Source: Squalus acanthias (taxonomy: Eukaryota). From it: a DNA stretch of 64,000 nucleotides. Made by a program: the position numbers and the translations under genes. This document shows, piece after piece, positions 29,534 through 43,369 of this stretch. The notes below the pieces were generated by a model. The model ran no database searches and was not told where the DNA came from. It worked only from the letters and a program-made list of their open reading frames with translations. The stretch lies in contig CM059432.1 in assembly GCA_030390025.1 (NCBI GenBank), positions 10,664,001 through 10,728,000 on the forward strand, read 5' to 3'. Each line of letters starts with the position of its first letter. Position 1 is the first letter of the stretch.

Positions 29534-30759
29534 TGTAAGGTTTCCAAAATTTGCAGATCCCCAAAACCTAAAGAAAAAGGACTTTGGAACTACCTCAGAG
29601 TGATAAAAATGCATTTGGGCCTAACATAAGGAATTTAAGACCAAAAAACCAAGTTTTGGCATTTTAAAAACATGTCTGGGCCTGTAAAGGGACAAGGAGG
29701 TGGGCTCGACCTCTGTAAAAGCAGTTTTGGCTATTGCAGTTAATTACACTGTCTGAGGAACCGGGATGACCTCACTCAAGCCCCAGCAGACATTAACATT
29801 TGACAATAGACCCTGGGAGAAGACAGTCCCACCCAAAGACAGGCCCCATCAAGACCGATTACAGGGCCCATCAGAAACATGCATAACAAAACCCACTCAG
29901 GACCATTTCTATAGAAAAGACCGAGTCCAGCCTAGAAACCCAAAACACGAAATCAATCACCAGTGATCAACCAAGGAGATCGACAGGACGCAAGCCATCC
30001 CAAAAACCAGTTAACACGCTAGTAAAGTAATTACTGTTAACGAGGCCTCCAAAATCTTACAATGACCAATTTGGATTTGATTTGGTTTTGATAAGGAAGC
30101 TTCAATTAGTATAATTGAAAGGCTGTTTTCTCAAGAAGTCAGTTCAGCAGTTACAACAGTTCAAGTTCGAGTTCTCCAGTAGAGTTACACAGCAGCAAGG
30201 AATTCAGCAAGCAGTCCGGCAGAAGGCAGTTCCACAGCTCGGAAGAAGACAGTTTAAACAGAGGCAGAGTTCAACAGAAAGAAGTTCAACAAAGAAGGCC
30301 AACAGCTCCAGAAGTAGGCCGACACGCAAGAAGAGACCAGAGCGACCGCCTCGGTGACCATCGGACACCTCGCGGCAACAAGGGCCTTACGAAACTTTTT
30401 ACTCAAAAGACTCTAAACCCTAACTCTCAACTGTCAAGGATTTGTTTGGTGAGCATTATCCCTGGTTCTCCAGAGACCAACCTAGCTAGAGAAGTGGGAT
30501 TGGGAGGGGTGAAGTATTCTTTTAATGTTATTTCCCTCGCTTGTACCGAAGTGTTCCCCACCTTTAGAGTGTTAAGAGTGTTTGTGTTGTGTTTTACTTT
30601 CTTAAATAAAGATCAAGGTTCTTGCATCAAACCCAGTTGTCTGCTGCACTTTTCATCACAACCCCCAAATAAGTCCAGGGTCTAGAACCAAGGGAGTGGG
30701 AGCGATTCAAACCGCTCAGAAGTCAGAGGTGAAGCTGACACAAACCACCACCCCCTACA
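29534..30759 (+). mobile_element. Solo LTR, 1226 bp, a different family from the provirus
   Basis: TGTAAGG...CCCTACA termini; CTAG duplicated at 29530-33 and 30760-63; TATA-like site near 30110; AATAAA at 30605-10. Confidence 0.85.
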
Positions 30760-30924
30760 CTAGTGTTGTAAGTTTGCATTTCTTAAATCTTTTCATACCA
30801 TTTGTACACTATCTTGGGGTAGCATTAATTACTGCTGTTTGACACTGAATTTTGCATAACATTGTTGCTGACAGCAGCTTCTGACTCAGCAGTGACCCCA
30901 GTACTCAACATGGACCTTCCAATA

Positions 30925-31913
30925 TCATAGAATCATAGAATGGTTACAGCACAGAAGGAGGTCATTCGGCCTGTCGAGCCCGTGCCGGCTCTCTGCAAGA
31001 GCACTTCAGCCAGTCCCGCTCTCCCACCCTTTCCCCGTAGCCCTGCAAATTTTTTTCCTTCAGGTACTTATCCAATTCCCTTTTGAAAGCCGTGATTGAG
31101 TCTGCCTCCACCACCCTTTCAGGCAGTGCATTCCAGATCCTAACCACTCGCTGTGTAAAAAAGTTTTTCCTCATGTCGCCTTTGGTTCTTCTGCCAATCA
31201 CCTTAAATCTGTGTCCTCTGGTTCTCGACCCTTCTGCCAATGGGAACAGTTTCTCTCTATCTACTCTGTTTAGACCCCTCATGATTTTGAACACCTCTAT
31301 CAAATCTCCTCTCAACCTTCTCTGCTCTAAGGAGAACAACCCCAGCTTCTCCAGTCTATCCACATAACAGAAGTCCCTCATCCCTGGAACCATTCTTGTA
31401 AATCTTTTCTGCACCTTCTCTAAGGCCTTCACATCCTTCCTAAAGTGCGGTGCCCAGAGTTGGACACAATACTCCAGTTGAGGCCGAACCAGTGTTTTAT
31501 AAAGGTTCATCATAACTTCCTTGCTATGCCTCTATTTATAAAGCCCAGAATCCCGTATGCTTTTTTAACCGCTTTCTCAACCTGCCCTGCCACCTTCAAC
31601 GATTTGTGCACATATACCCCCAGATCTCTCTGTTCCTACACCCTCTTTAGAATTGAACCCTTTAGTTTATATTGCCTCTCCTCGTTCTTCCTACCAAAAT
31701 GTATCACTTCGTACTTTTCTGCGTTGAATTTCATCTGCCACGTGTCCACCCGTTTCACCAGCCTGTCTATGTCCTCTTGAAGTCTATCACTATCCTCCTC
31801 ACTGTTCACTATATTTACAAGTTTTGTGTCATCTGCAAATTTTGAAATTGTGCCCTGTACACCCAAGTCCAAATCATTAATATATATCAAGAAAAGCAGT
31901 GGTCCTAGTACCG
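30925..31913 (-). mobile_element. Relatively intact CR1 3' kilobase
   Basis: ORFs 30962..31513 and 31636..31890; ATCATAGA tail repeats. Confidence 0.93.
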
Positions 31914-31914
31914 A

Positions 31915-32370
31915 TAGATTTGGAGGAAGAAGAGTTCCAGCAGAAGGAAGAAAGGCAGGTGTGTTTACATCTTAGGCATCTGCTGCCAATTTGGAAACTC
32001 CCCAGACCCAAATTTTCAGACCCAGGCACACCTCCTTGGACATCTCTGAGGAGACCTGCCTTCATTGTCTATGCTGCACAAGGAAGGTTGTCACCAAGTT
32101 ATGCCATCTACTGTAGTCCAATCTACAGACAAGATCTGGCACAGGGATGGGTCTGCCCATTGTTATGAAGGTCACCACAGTATTGAATTTTTACACAACT
32201 ACTGGTGGTATTTGCCACATTCGTCAAACTTCAATTCACCAATGCATTAAGCAGGTAGCCTTGTTTGCCGTGCGATACACTTTTATCAAGTTGTTCATGT
32301 AAAAGGAGACAACAGCACATGAGGTCGCAGAACTGTTACCAGGGGGCAGGCAACCCTAAGGTACAAGTCC
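31915..32370 (+). pseudogene. Decayed Harbinger (HARBI1-like) transposase N-terminal fragment
   Basis: Manual translation FRPRHTSLDISEETCL...VVTKLCHLL*SNLQ...LPIVMKVTTVLNFYTT...ICHIRQTSIHQCIKQV resembles the Harbinger transposase HTH region; contains stops and indels. Confidence 0.65.
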
Positions 32371-34084
32371 CCGTTGGATAGGGAAGGCTTTAATTCAGAG
32401 GGTGTCAGACCACAGGAGCAGAACAATGTAGGTGATTGAGCAATACCCCAGCAGTAGCCACGATGGCTGCATTTTGCGGCAGTCCACAGTGCCAGCCCTA
32501 TTTCAAGATGCAGGCAGACTGGACAACCAGCCGCTAGGGACTATCCCCTGGAACCCTCCCTCTACATTCATTTCTCTTTCTCCTCCAAATCCATAATACC
32601 CATTCTATTTCTGAAAAGAAATGCAAGGTGGCTTATGTCTTTACCTTTATTTGGGCGGAACACCCAATCGGCAGGCTGAAACAGAGCTCCCAGTGTCTCA
32701 ACAGATTAGGTAGGGTGCTATCCTACAGCCCTGAAAAAAATGTAACAGCCAAGTAGAGTGATTGACAGGACTTTCTCTTAAAATCTGTAAATGTGCTTCT
32801 GCATGACAGTCCTATGATCTTCATAACTCATAAACAACATGCTCCACCTTGTCCGTGCAGCCTCTACTAATAGCTTTGCCTGCATCCTACTAAATGCAAC
32901 ATTAACATGTCATTCATGACAATAAATCAACCCAGAACTTCTGAAAGAAGGTGTAACATTTATTTTTAACCTCTTGCAGCGTCCTGTATATGTCCAGCAA
33001 TGTTTTCTTCCCTAATGCTTGCCCTTGGTGAGAGTGTATGGTATGTGTCATCTCCTATCTAATATTATGCTTCTGCTAAGCACTCCCTCAGCGGAAGGAG
33101 TAAATGCGGTGGCAACCTACTGCTCCCAGTTGGACCTCTTGACACAGCTCTGACACAAAAGTACTTCTTTGTGCTGAGTCATGTATCTGATGCCAGCACT
33201 TCGGCTCCTGCACAGGCTTGCTGCTTCTTTCCACGAAAAGCCATTCTCCAGTATTCTGAAAGGGACGACTGGATTATGCAAATGTTGCAGCGCACTGAGA
33301 GGCAATTCCATCATATGTGCCTCTGCCACGCCCCAGCTACTGGGTGACACGGGTGACCAGGAATCCGTGTGGGAATCGAACTTCAGCCACACTTAGGAAT
33401 GCAAAGCCTGCCATCCATGTTCTCTCTCTCTCTCGAGCCCATCCCCTAACCTCTCAAGATCAGAAGCGAAAGCCTTCTGTAAATTGGACCCCAAGTCTTG
33501 AGAGCCAGTCACAGCGTGAGCAAACAAAATTGCGTTTGGGTTCAAGGGACTTACCTGGAGATGTGCATGGAGCTGCCATTCGCTCCAAGGTAGGCTGCAG
33601 ATTCCAAATCCATCTCACATGGTGAGATGTCAGAGCTACACCTCTGCAGTGTCTCCAACATACCATGTAGGGAGCTTGGAAGATTCTCAAAGGACTATAT
33701 GGGGTACTCTTCCTTCCTAAAAAAAAGTTCCTTCTGTAAGCAACCCCCAGAAGGTGCAAATCTAAAACAAAGGAATGTTTTTCTCTGCACCTTTCATGTT
33801 GTGGTTGCTGCTCTGCCAACACCTCTTACTCCTCACTGGTGCTGGGTGCCTCATCAGCTGCTCCCTCACACTTTCTATCTGATTCCCCAAAGTGAAAGTT
33901 TCTATGCTGGGAGTTGAGGAGTCTTTGATGGGTGCTTGTGATGGATCAGCTTTCTCTTCATCCCTGGTGCCAGCTGCACCATCTTGTGAAGCCACTTCAC
34001 AAAGGGAAGGGGAACATTGGGCATGCAAAAAATGGCTGTGCACAAAGTAGCAAGACCAATATGGTTCTTTTTCTTAAATTCTTT

Positions 34085-35125
34085 TTATGGGATGTGGGAG
34101 TCGCTGGCAAGGCCAGTATTTATTGCCCATCCCTAATTGCCCTCGAGAAGGAGGTGGTGAGCCGCCTTCTTGAACCGCTGCAGTCCGTGTGGTGAAGGTA
34201 CTCCCACAATGCTGTTAGGGAGGGAGTTCCAGGATTTTGACCCAGCGACGATGAAGGATCGACGATATACTTCTAAGTCAGGATGGTGTGTGACTTGGAG
34301 GGGAACTTGGAGGTGGTGATATTCCCATGCGCCTGCTGCCCTTGTCATTCTAGGTGGAAGAGGTCGCGGGTTTGGGAGGTGCTGCCGATGAAGCCTTGGC
34401 GAGTTGCTGCAGTGCATCTTGTAGATGGTACACACTGCAGCCACGGTACGCCGGTGGTGGAGGGAGTGTGTGTTTAAGGTGGTGGATGGGGTGCCAATCA
34501 AGTTGGCTGCTTTGTCCTGGATGGTGTCGCGCTTCTTGAGTGTTGTTGGAGCTGCACTTGTCCAGGCAAGTGGAGAGTATTTCATCACACTCCTTACTTG
34601 TGCCTTGCATATGGTGGAAAGGCTTTGGGGAGTCAGGAGGTGAGACACTCGCTGCAGAATACCTAGCCTCTGACCTGCTCTTGTTGCCACAGTATTTATA
34701 TGGCTGGTCCAGTTAAGTTTCTGGTCAATGGTGACCCCCAGGATGTTGATAGTGGGGGATTCGGCGATGGTAATGCCGTTGAATGTCAAGGGGCGGTGGT
34801 TAGACTCTCGCTTGTTGGAGATAGTCATTGCCTGGCACTTCTGTGGCGCAAATGTTACTTGCCACTTATCAGCATGCGGGCATGGACTGCTTCAATTTCT
34901 GAGGAGTTGTGAATGGCACTGAACACTGTGCAGTCATTAGCGAACATCCCCATTTCTGACCTTATGTTGGAGGGAAGGTCATTGATGAAGCAACTGAAGA
35001 GGGTTGGGCCGAGGACACTGCCCTGAGGAACTCCTGCAGCGATGTCCTGGAGCTGTGATGATCGACCTTCAACCACCACAACCATCTTCCTTTGTGCTAG
35101 GTATGACTCCAGCCAGTGGAGAGTG
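34085..35125 (-). mobile_element. CR1/L2-group LINE fragment (same family as 2099-3275)
   Basis: ORFs 34133..34828 and 34855..35085. Confidence 0.9.
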
Positions 35126-36656
35126 TGCCGCTGATGGGTTGATGTGCGTGTGTGTTACTCACCAACATACGTAACACGTTAGAGTTGGAATAACACAGAG
35201 TTCTCGGAGGGTGTTGGGATCGGAGGAGATTAAAGAGCGAGGGAGGGCAGAGGTCATGGAGGATGAGAATTTTAAATTTGACGCGTTGGTGGACCGGGAG
35301 CCAATGTGGGTCAGTGAGTACAGGGATGATGGGTGAGCGGGACTTGGTGCTTGTCAGAATATTAGAGTTTTGGAGGAGCCTAGGTTTAAGGAGAATAGAA
35401 GGTGGGCAGCTGATCAGGAAAGCATTTGGAAAATTCGAGGCTGGAAGTACGAAAAGAAGATGGGCTGAGGCAGAGGTGGAGAAAGGCGATGTTACAGAGG
35501 TAGAAATAGGCAGTTTTCTAATGGGGAGGATATGGGTTCAGCGTTCAGCTCGGGACCACGTAGGCTGCAAAGAGTCTGGTTCATCAAGAGACAGTGGCCA
35601 GGGAGGGGAATGGAATGGGTGGCAAGAGAACGGAGGCTGTGGCGGAGGCTGAGGGCAACGGCTGTGGTCTTCCCGGTGTGTAGTTGGAGAAAATTGCAGC
35701 TCATCCAGGACTGGATGTCGGAGAAGCAGGCTGACAACACAGAAGCATGGGAGGAGTCGATAGAGGTGGTGGTGAAGTAGAGCTGAGTGTCATCAGTGTA
35801 CATGTGGAACTGATGTCACGTCTTCTGATGATGTCGCAGAGAGGCAGCGTGTAAGTGGGAATTAGGAGTGGGACAAGGATAAATTCTTGGGTGACTCCAA
35901 GGGTAAAAAGGTGCAGGGGCAGGAAGAGATGCCATGGCAGGAGATGCTCTGGCTACAACAGGATAGGCGAGAGTCAGCATACTATTTTAAGTCTTAATTC
36001 CGATTATATAATTCTACATAATAAAACCAAAATAAATTAATAGATTGTAACAAAATTCTGTACTCTAAACAAATAATTCACAAATTTACTATAAATCAAA
36101 GAGGGAGAGGTTTATGTAGAAAAATCGCAGATACATTCATTATAGACTTTTGTTTGCTAATTATAGCAAAATCTTAAATGTATTTCTTGGGGAAACAAGC
36201 ATATTTATTTGAATATAAGCAAGGACAGTCAAAAGCTTCCTCTAAATAGTTCTCATGTTTTCCTTTAGGAGTTAAGCATGTGAAATAAAAACCGCACAAA
36301 AATGTAAAGATTTTATTTGGAAGATTGTTCATTCAGTAGAATAAATAAATGGAAATGTACATCTCAATATTTGTTGTAGTAACAGATATGATTACACAAA
36401 TATTTACAGCTTGCGTCGGCAAAGTACAACAGTTAATTGCTCATAATAAGAGTTCAGAAACAACTACGTGTGATGCGATCAAAGGAAATGGGGAAAAGGA
36501 ACACGAGGAATAGAAACATTTTTCCCTGATGGCATTCGTCGCAGAACAATGATAAATCATGCATACGTTTCATTATCACGTCCATGTAAATATTATTACC
36601 CAAAGCTACTTTTAAGATGTAATTTTACTGATCTTTAATTACATTTGAACGTTTTC

Positions 36657-37477
36657 TCAGATTGTGCTTAAGTCAATGGTGACGTGTTTGTAGATTTGTG
36701 TATTTCCCTTGAAACTTGAACTGAACATGAACTCACGATTGTCTGTCAACACAAATGTAAATGATCGTGGAGCCTGGATGTTTAGTTCTTGGAACTTTAC
36801 AAATTTGCCTTTCTCGGTTTCCCAGCGGTAGACCTGAGTGAAGGAGTAGTCGCTCCCGAGAATGGCGTACTGCCAGTTGTTTATTCGGAGAGGTTGAAAC
36901 ACCATGGCACCGCGGGACGGAAAGGTCTGTCTCTCCACAAACCTGGAGGTCTCCCATTTCATCATTTTGGAGTCACCTATGAACCTGGTTAGGCAAATGT
37001 AGAGGTCATCCTTGACTCTGAAATGTTTCACTGCGTACACATCCTCCATGTCAGGAATATCGGTGCGCCACACAAACTCCTTCTGGCTCTTGCTCCACTG
37101 GAAGATGACAGGGCGTTGGGAGCTACTTGACAAGATCAAGTGTGGCTTGTTAGCTATTTCCAGGTACTCTGCATCCGTGTCTCTGAACCAAGAATGCAGA
37201 CTCTGGTGGGAGTAGAATCCATTTCCATTCCATTTGTACACAGTGGTTGACCCAGCCTTTGATGTGTCTGCAATGACAAAGTACCATTCTCCTTCTATTT
37301 CAAATGTCTCAATGTCATTCGGTTTTCTGATTTTAACGTTGTCTACATCCTGCATCTTGATGAACTTCTTGGCAAAACTATCCCTTTTGTAGATGTGGGA
37401 GCCGCCAAACAGCTGGGCCACAACGACAAACAGCTGAGTATTGATGATCAGTGGTTTGCAGAACACAGTAGAGCTGC
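36657..37477 (-). CDS. LGI-family (LGI1-like) terminal exon encoding EPTP/EAR beta-propeller repeats
   Basis: ORF 36657..37466 closely resembles the LGI1 C-terminus ([39 protein letters not shown]); acceptor cag at 37480-37478. Paralog identity unresolved. Confidence 0.95.
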
Positions 37478-38411
37478 CTGCACCAGAAGGAATGCTAGTT
37501 ATTAATGTGCAGAGAAAACAGTGCCGTTATCATGGTTAGAGCTGTTAATTTGTCAAATCCAAAGTTGGACAAAAGGCACTGGGGTAGGGTCCAGGGAGGG
37601 AAAAATACTTTAAAAATTATATTAACAACAACTTGCATTTATATAGTGCCTTCATCGCAGTAAAAACATCCCAAGAGCGTTATCAGACAAAATTTGACAC
37701 CGAATCACATAAGGAGATATATTAGGACCTAAAGCTTGATCAAAGAGGTAGGTTTTAAGGAGCATCTTAAAGGAGGAGAGAGGTCCCATCCAGGACAAAG
37801 CAGCCCACTTGATTGGCACCCCATCCACCACCTTAAACATTCACTCCCTCCATCACCGGCGCACCGTGGCTGCAGTGTGTACCATCTGCAAGATGCACTG
37901 CAGCAACTCGCCAAGGCTTCTTCAGCAGCACCTCCCAAACCCACGACCTCTACCACCTAGAAGGACAAGGGCAGCAGGCGCATGGGAACACCACCACCTG
38001 CAAGTTCCCCTCCAAGTCACACACCATCCTGACTTGGAAGTATGTCGCCGTTCCTTCCCTCCCTAACAGCACTGTGGGAGTACCTTCACCACACGGACCG
38101 CAGCGGTTCAAGAAGGCGGCTCACCACCACCTTCTCAAGGGCAACTAGGGATGGGCAATAAATGCTGGCCTTGCCAGCGACACCCACATCCCAAGAACGA
38201 ATTTTAAAAATAGAGACGGAGTGGTTTAGGGAGGGAATTTCAGACCTTAGGGCCTAGGTGGAGGAAGGCACGGCCACCAATGGTAGAGTGATGAAAATCA
38301 GGGATGGGCAAGAGGCCAGAACTGGAGGAGCTCAGAGATCACGCACTGTCAGCACTAAAGCTGGACAGGTTGCAACACCGATCATTGTTTCAGAGAACTG
38401 ACTATCCCTAC

Positions 38412-38576
38412 CAACAATGTTGTCAAAGTTTCTGAAAACCAGCTCCACGTGATCCCATTCAAAAAAGCTGCACTTCCCCACGACAGGCTGTGCGATGACG
38501 ACATTGACATCATTCATGAAAGTGAAGGCTTCGATTGACAGGGACTGAAACGGTAAGGACTGGTCAACGGCAAATT
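38412..38576 (-). CDS. LGI-family exon ([18 protein letters not shown]...[17 protein letters not shown])
   Basis: 165 nt; AG/GT boundaries; first EPTP repeat. Confidence 0.95.
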
Positions 38577-38617
38577 CTGAGAGATTAAAAAGGAGAGGAA
38601 ATGGTTGGGATTAATTA

Positions 38618-39760
38618 ACATAAGAACATAAGAATTAGGGGCAGGAGTAGGCCAAACGGCCGTTCGAGCCTGCTCCGCCATTCAATAAGATCATGGCTCA
38701 TCTTCTACCTAAACTCCACTTTCCCGCACTATCCCCATATCCCTTGATTCCCCTAGAGTCCAAAAATCTATCTATCTCAGACTTGAATATACTCAATGAC
38801 TCAGCATCCACAGCCCTTTGCAGTAGAGAATTCCAAAGATTCACAACCCTCTGAGTGAAGAAATTCCTCCTCATCTCAGTCTTAAATGGCCGACCCCTTA
38901 TCCTGAGACTGTGACCCCTGGTTCTAGACTCTCCAGCCAGGGGAAACAACCTCTTAGCATCTACCCTGTCAATCCCCCTCAGAATCTTATATGTTTCAAT
39001 GAGATCACCTCTCATTCTTCTAAACTCTAGAGAGTATAGGCCCAATCTACTCAATCTCTCCTCATAGGACAACCGTCTCATCCGAGGGATCAATCTAGTG
39101 AACCTTCGTTGCACCGCCTCTAAGGCATGTATGTCCTTTCTCAGATAAGGAGATCAAAACTGTGCACAGTACTCCAGGTGTGGTCTCACCGAAGCCCTGT
39201 ATAATTGTAGTAAGACCTCCTTACTCTTGTACTCCAACCCCCTTGCAATAAAGAACATGCCATTTGCTTTCCTAATTGCTTGCTGTACCTGCATTATAAT
39301 TTTCTGTGTTTCCTTTACAAGGACACCTAAATCTCTCTGAACACCAAAATTTCCCAATCTCTCACCATTTAAAAAATATTCTGTTTTTCTATTCTTCCTA
39401 CCAAAGTGGAATAATCTCACATTATACACCATCTGCCACCTTACTGCCCACTCACTTAACCTGTCTATATCCCTTTGCAGACTCTTTGTGTCCTCCTCAC
39501 AGCTTACTGTCTCACCTAGCTTTGTATCGTCAGCAAACTTGGATACATTGCATTCGGTCCCTTCATCTAAGTCATTAAGATAGATTTAAAATAGCTGAGG
39601 CCCAAGCACTGATCCTTGTGGCACCCCACTAGTCGCAGCCTGCCAACCGGAAAATGGCCCGTTTATCCCTGCTCTCTGTTTTCTGCACGTCATCCAATCC
39701 TCTATACATGCTAATGTGTTTACCCCCCCGCAACCCCATGAGCCCTTATCTTGCGTAGGC
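38618..39760 (-). mobile_element. CR1 LINE fragment in an LGI intron
   Basis: ORFs 38698..39114 and 39154..39432. Confidence 0.92.
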
Positions 39761-39813
39761 GTCGATTAGATTTCACCGTTTTAATCCTGATAAAAGAGGT
39801 TTGCTGCAGTCAC

Positions 39814-39983
39814 CTGTGGTTATGCAGTCGAATTTCTTCAGTAAGCGGTTATTAATTTCATCTCCCTGATACCCCACCGGGCTGGCACAGGAGATCTGAT
39901 CAACCGTTGCGTTTGTGCTGCTTAACCATTCCACCAGCCATTTCAGTTTGCAGTCGCAATGAAAAGAATTCCCTCGAAGATCT
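39814..39983 (-). CDS. LGI-family exon encoding the LRR C-terminal cap ([20 protein letters not shown]...FDCITT)
   Basis: 170 nt; AG/GT boundaries; LRRCT cysteine pattern. Confidence 0.95.
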
Positions 39984-40314
39984 CTGCAAAGGAACATAAT
40001 TCCTATTGAGAAATTGCCTTTGGAGATTCGCAGCTGATTGAGCAACATTTTGGATTTCCAGCATCTGCAGTATTTTGCTATCATTCTTCCTGTTCTTTAC
40101 ACACTTTCAAAATGCCAGACTTAAAAGCTCACAGCTGCAGTATCCTTGCGTTCCAATATCTTAAATAAACTTAAGCTACTTTTCAAAACCTTTCGACGAC
40201 TAAGCCTGCTGCGTCCATTAAAAATACTGCAAAGTCAAAAAAGCAATTCCAAAGCACCTTCTTCGTGTCTTGTTTAACCCCAAATGCTAGTGAACAAACA
40301 GGCGCTGTTTTCTG

Positions 40315-40510
40315 AAACAACAACAGAAAATGCTGGAAACGCTAAGCAAGTAATATCTGTTACTTCTCCAACTTTTTCCAGTTCCGACAAAGGGTCATCG
40401 ACCTGAAACGTTAACTCTGTTTCTCTCTCCACGGATGCTGCCTGACCTGCTGAGTATTTCCAGCATTTTCTGTTGTTGTTTCAGATTTCCAGCACCCGCA
40501 GTATTTTGCT
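40315..40510. mobile_element. Probable Penelope-like terminal-repeat fragment with a partial inverted copy
   Basis: GATGCTGCCTGACCTGCTGAGTATTTCCAGCATTTTCTG tail, inverted at ~40315-40350; related fragments at ~40050-40080 and 59822-59891, the latter flanked by a TATCCAAAGTG duplication. Confidence 0.65.
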
Positions 40511-41207
40511 GTTGTCGGAGCAGTTTTCTGCTTGCCAAACCTGATTACGCCGAGGGAATATTAAATATAAAGATGCATCGACAACACATTCGTAGCCACT
40601 GCAGGAGTCAACTCCTTCTTTTTCGGCAGTGTCTTAACCAAACATCAAAGAAGAAATATTTCTCCTTTTTTGAACTGAAAAGAGCAGGGGTACTAAGTGA
40701 AGCAGTTAGCGTGGACTTCTGCATCATGGTGCCTACATTTTTTCTGTTCAATGGTAGAGAATGTGGCACAATTGCTATTGTTAGGGAATATTCAGTGGGG
40801 AAAACTGAAATAAGTGTCATATAAATTATTCTGTATATGTGTTAAAAATACTTTTTGATGACTCTTTGTGCTCATTGCGCACTCTATTTCCACCCAGTAT
40901 CAGCATCAAGCATTCCTAATTCAGGTCCGTCACAAGTAAATGCAAAGTCATAATCTGCTTCAACAATATGATTTGCCCCTAACTTTACTGCACCATCATG
41001 ACCTTTTCTATCTCCCGTTCCAACCGTCCACCTGACCTCACGGAGTGACATTTTCAATTCAGCGCACTAGACCAACCCCCTATAGTAACTGAGCTGGTCT
41101 CACTTAGTACACCTACGATCTGAAGACAGGGAAGGCGTTTATCCCATTACTGACCTGGGTTTGAACCCAAGTCCCAAAGGTGACAGGACAGTGAACCAGC
41201 CTCCTGC

Positions 41208-42305
41208 AACATAGAAACATAGAAACATAGAAAAATAGGAGCAGCAGTAGGCCATTCGGCCCTTCGAGCCTGTTCCGCCATTCAATATGATCATGGTTGA
41301 TCCTCTATCTCAATACGATATTCCCGCTCTCTCCCCCGTACCCCTTGATGCCTTTTGTGTCTAGAAATCCATCTATCTCCTTCTTAAATATATTCAGTGA
41401 CTTGGTCTCCACAGCCTTCTGTGGTAGAGAATTCCACAGGTTCACCACCCTCTGAGTGAAGACATTTCTCCTCATCTCAGTCCTAAATGTCCTACCCCGT
41501 ATCCTGAGACCGTGACCCCTCATTCTAGACCCCCAGCCAGGGGAAACATCCTCCCTGCATCCAGTCTGTCTAGCCCTGTCAGAATTTTATACATTTCAAT
41601 GAGATCCCCTCCCATTCTTCTAAACTCTAGTGAATACAGGCCTAGTCGACCCAATCTCTCCTCATACGACAGTCCTGCCATCCCAGGAATCAGTCTGGTG
41701 AATCTTCGCTGCACTCCCTCTATGGCAAGTATATCCTTTCTTAGGTAAGGAGACCAAAACTGCACACAGTACTCCAGGTGTGGTCGCACCAAGGCCCTGT
41801 ACAACTGTAGTAAGATATCCTTGCTCCTGTACTCAAATCCCCTTGCAATGAAGGCCAACATATCATTTGACTTCCTAACTGCTTGCTGCACCTGCATGTT
41901 TGCTTTCAGTGACTGGTGTACAAGGACACCCAGGTCCCTTTATACACCAGCATTTCCCAATCTAGCACCATTTAAATAATACTCTGCCTTTCTGTTTTTC
42001 CTACTGAAGTGGATAACTTCACATTTATCCACGTTATACTGCATCTGCCATATATTTGCCCACTCACTCAACTTGTCTAAATCGCCTTGAAGCCTCTTTG
42101 TATCCTCCTCACAACTCACAATCCCACCTAGTTTCGTGTCGTCAGCAAACTTGGAAATATTACATTTGGTTCCCTCATCCAAATCATTGATATATATTGT
42201 GAATAGCTGGGGCCCGAGCACTGATCCCTGCGGTACCCCACTAGTCACCGCCTGCCACCCCGAAAAAGACCCATTTATTTTCTACTCTCTGTTTCCTGTC
42301 TGTTA
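41208..42305 (-). mobile_element. CR1 LINE fragment, very similar to 15243-16398
   Basis: ORFs 41305, 41520 and 41940; ACATAGAA tail repeats. Confidence 0.93.
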
Positions 42306-43369
42306 AGTACGTACTCCTCTCACCACCCCTCCACCCCCGGCCAAAATAAGAGTTACGCATCCTTACATCCAATAAATTAGGGCAAAGTTCCAGGTGAATC
42401 AGACACACCAATATCAACCTCCAGCCAGTGGAAGGTGCCTGGACAAAGCACTCTCAACCAAGAGGTGTATTTGCCCATACTATACTTTGCTTAATATAAG
42501 AATGTTTGATGATGATAATGGGCATTGATGAGTACTCTGGGGCATATCTCAATTCAACATATCCTTTCTTCAAAACTGATTTTTTTTCCCCTGATAGATT
42601 TTGCCTGCCTGCTATTGTCCGAAGCTTGATGTTTACTTTTATATTTTAAAAAAATTACTTCTTTTTTTCCAAAACTGTCATTTACAGAACAATTGATACA
42701 AATTTTATAACTGTAGTTAAAAGCACTTACCTCTATGTTGTTCGTGCCTCAGGTTAAATTCGTCCAGACACTAGAACTACTTGGCTAATGCCTAACGGTG
42801 GGAGGAAGTCTCGCAAGGCCATTCTCAATGCAAAAAGTGATTAGTTCTCAATATCATCAGAAAGATTATATGAGCGAGCTGCACACAGGTCATGAAGAAA
42901 GGCTTACTCAACAGATATTAAATCGACTGAAGCCGAACACTAAAATAGAACGCCACCATTTGTATTGCAGTAGAAGCAAAGGAGTCAGCAGTCAAAGGCG
43001 AGAAACGCATGAGTGAGCCTGACTCAACTCCTTGTCAATTCTCTTCCAAATCTTCCTAAGGACCCCTGGGGAGGTTAAGCCCAGATAAACAGCATTGCGT
43101 AAGGAGCTCCGGCAATTTATGATTTAAATTCAAAAATCATTGGCTGCACAAGTCATCAGTTGACCAGGTACTACTGCGTAATCTTAAAAAAAAAACAGTG
43201 CCTGGGTCAGGAACAGGAACTGAAAACTGCAGCTGCGCAGTCCCGCTGGGTATGTCCGAATGGGAATATAATGGCGGAGGCCTGCGATCTGGAAAAATCT
43301 GCGCCCTTACCCGAGGGCTCCCGGGACGCACACGCTTCCGCTCCTGGGCCTCACCAAACTTGAAATGCG

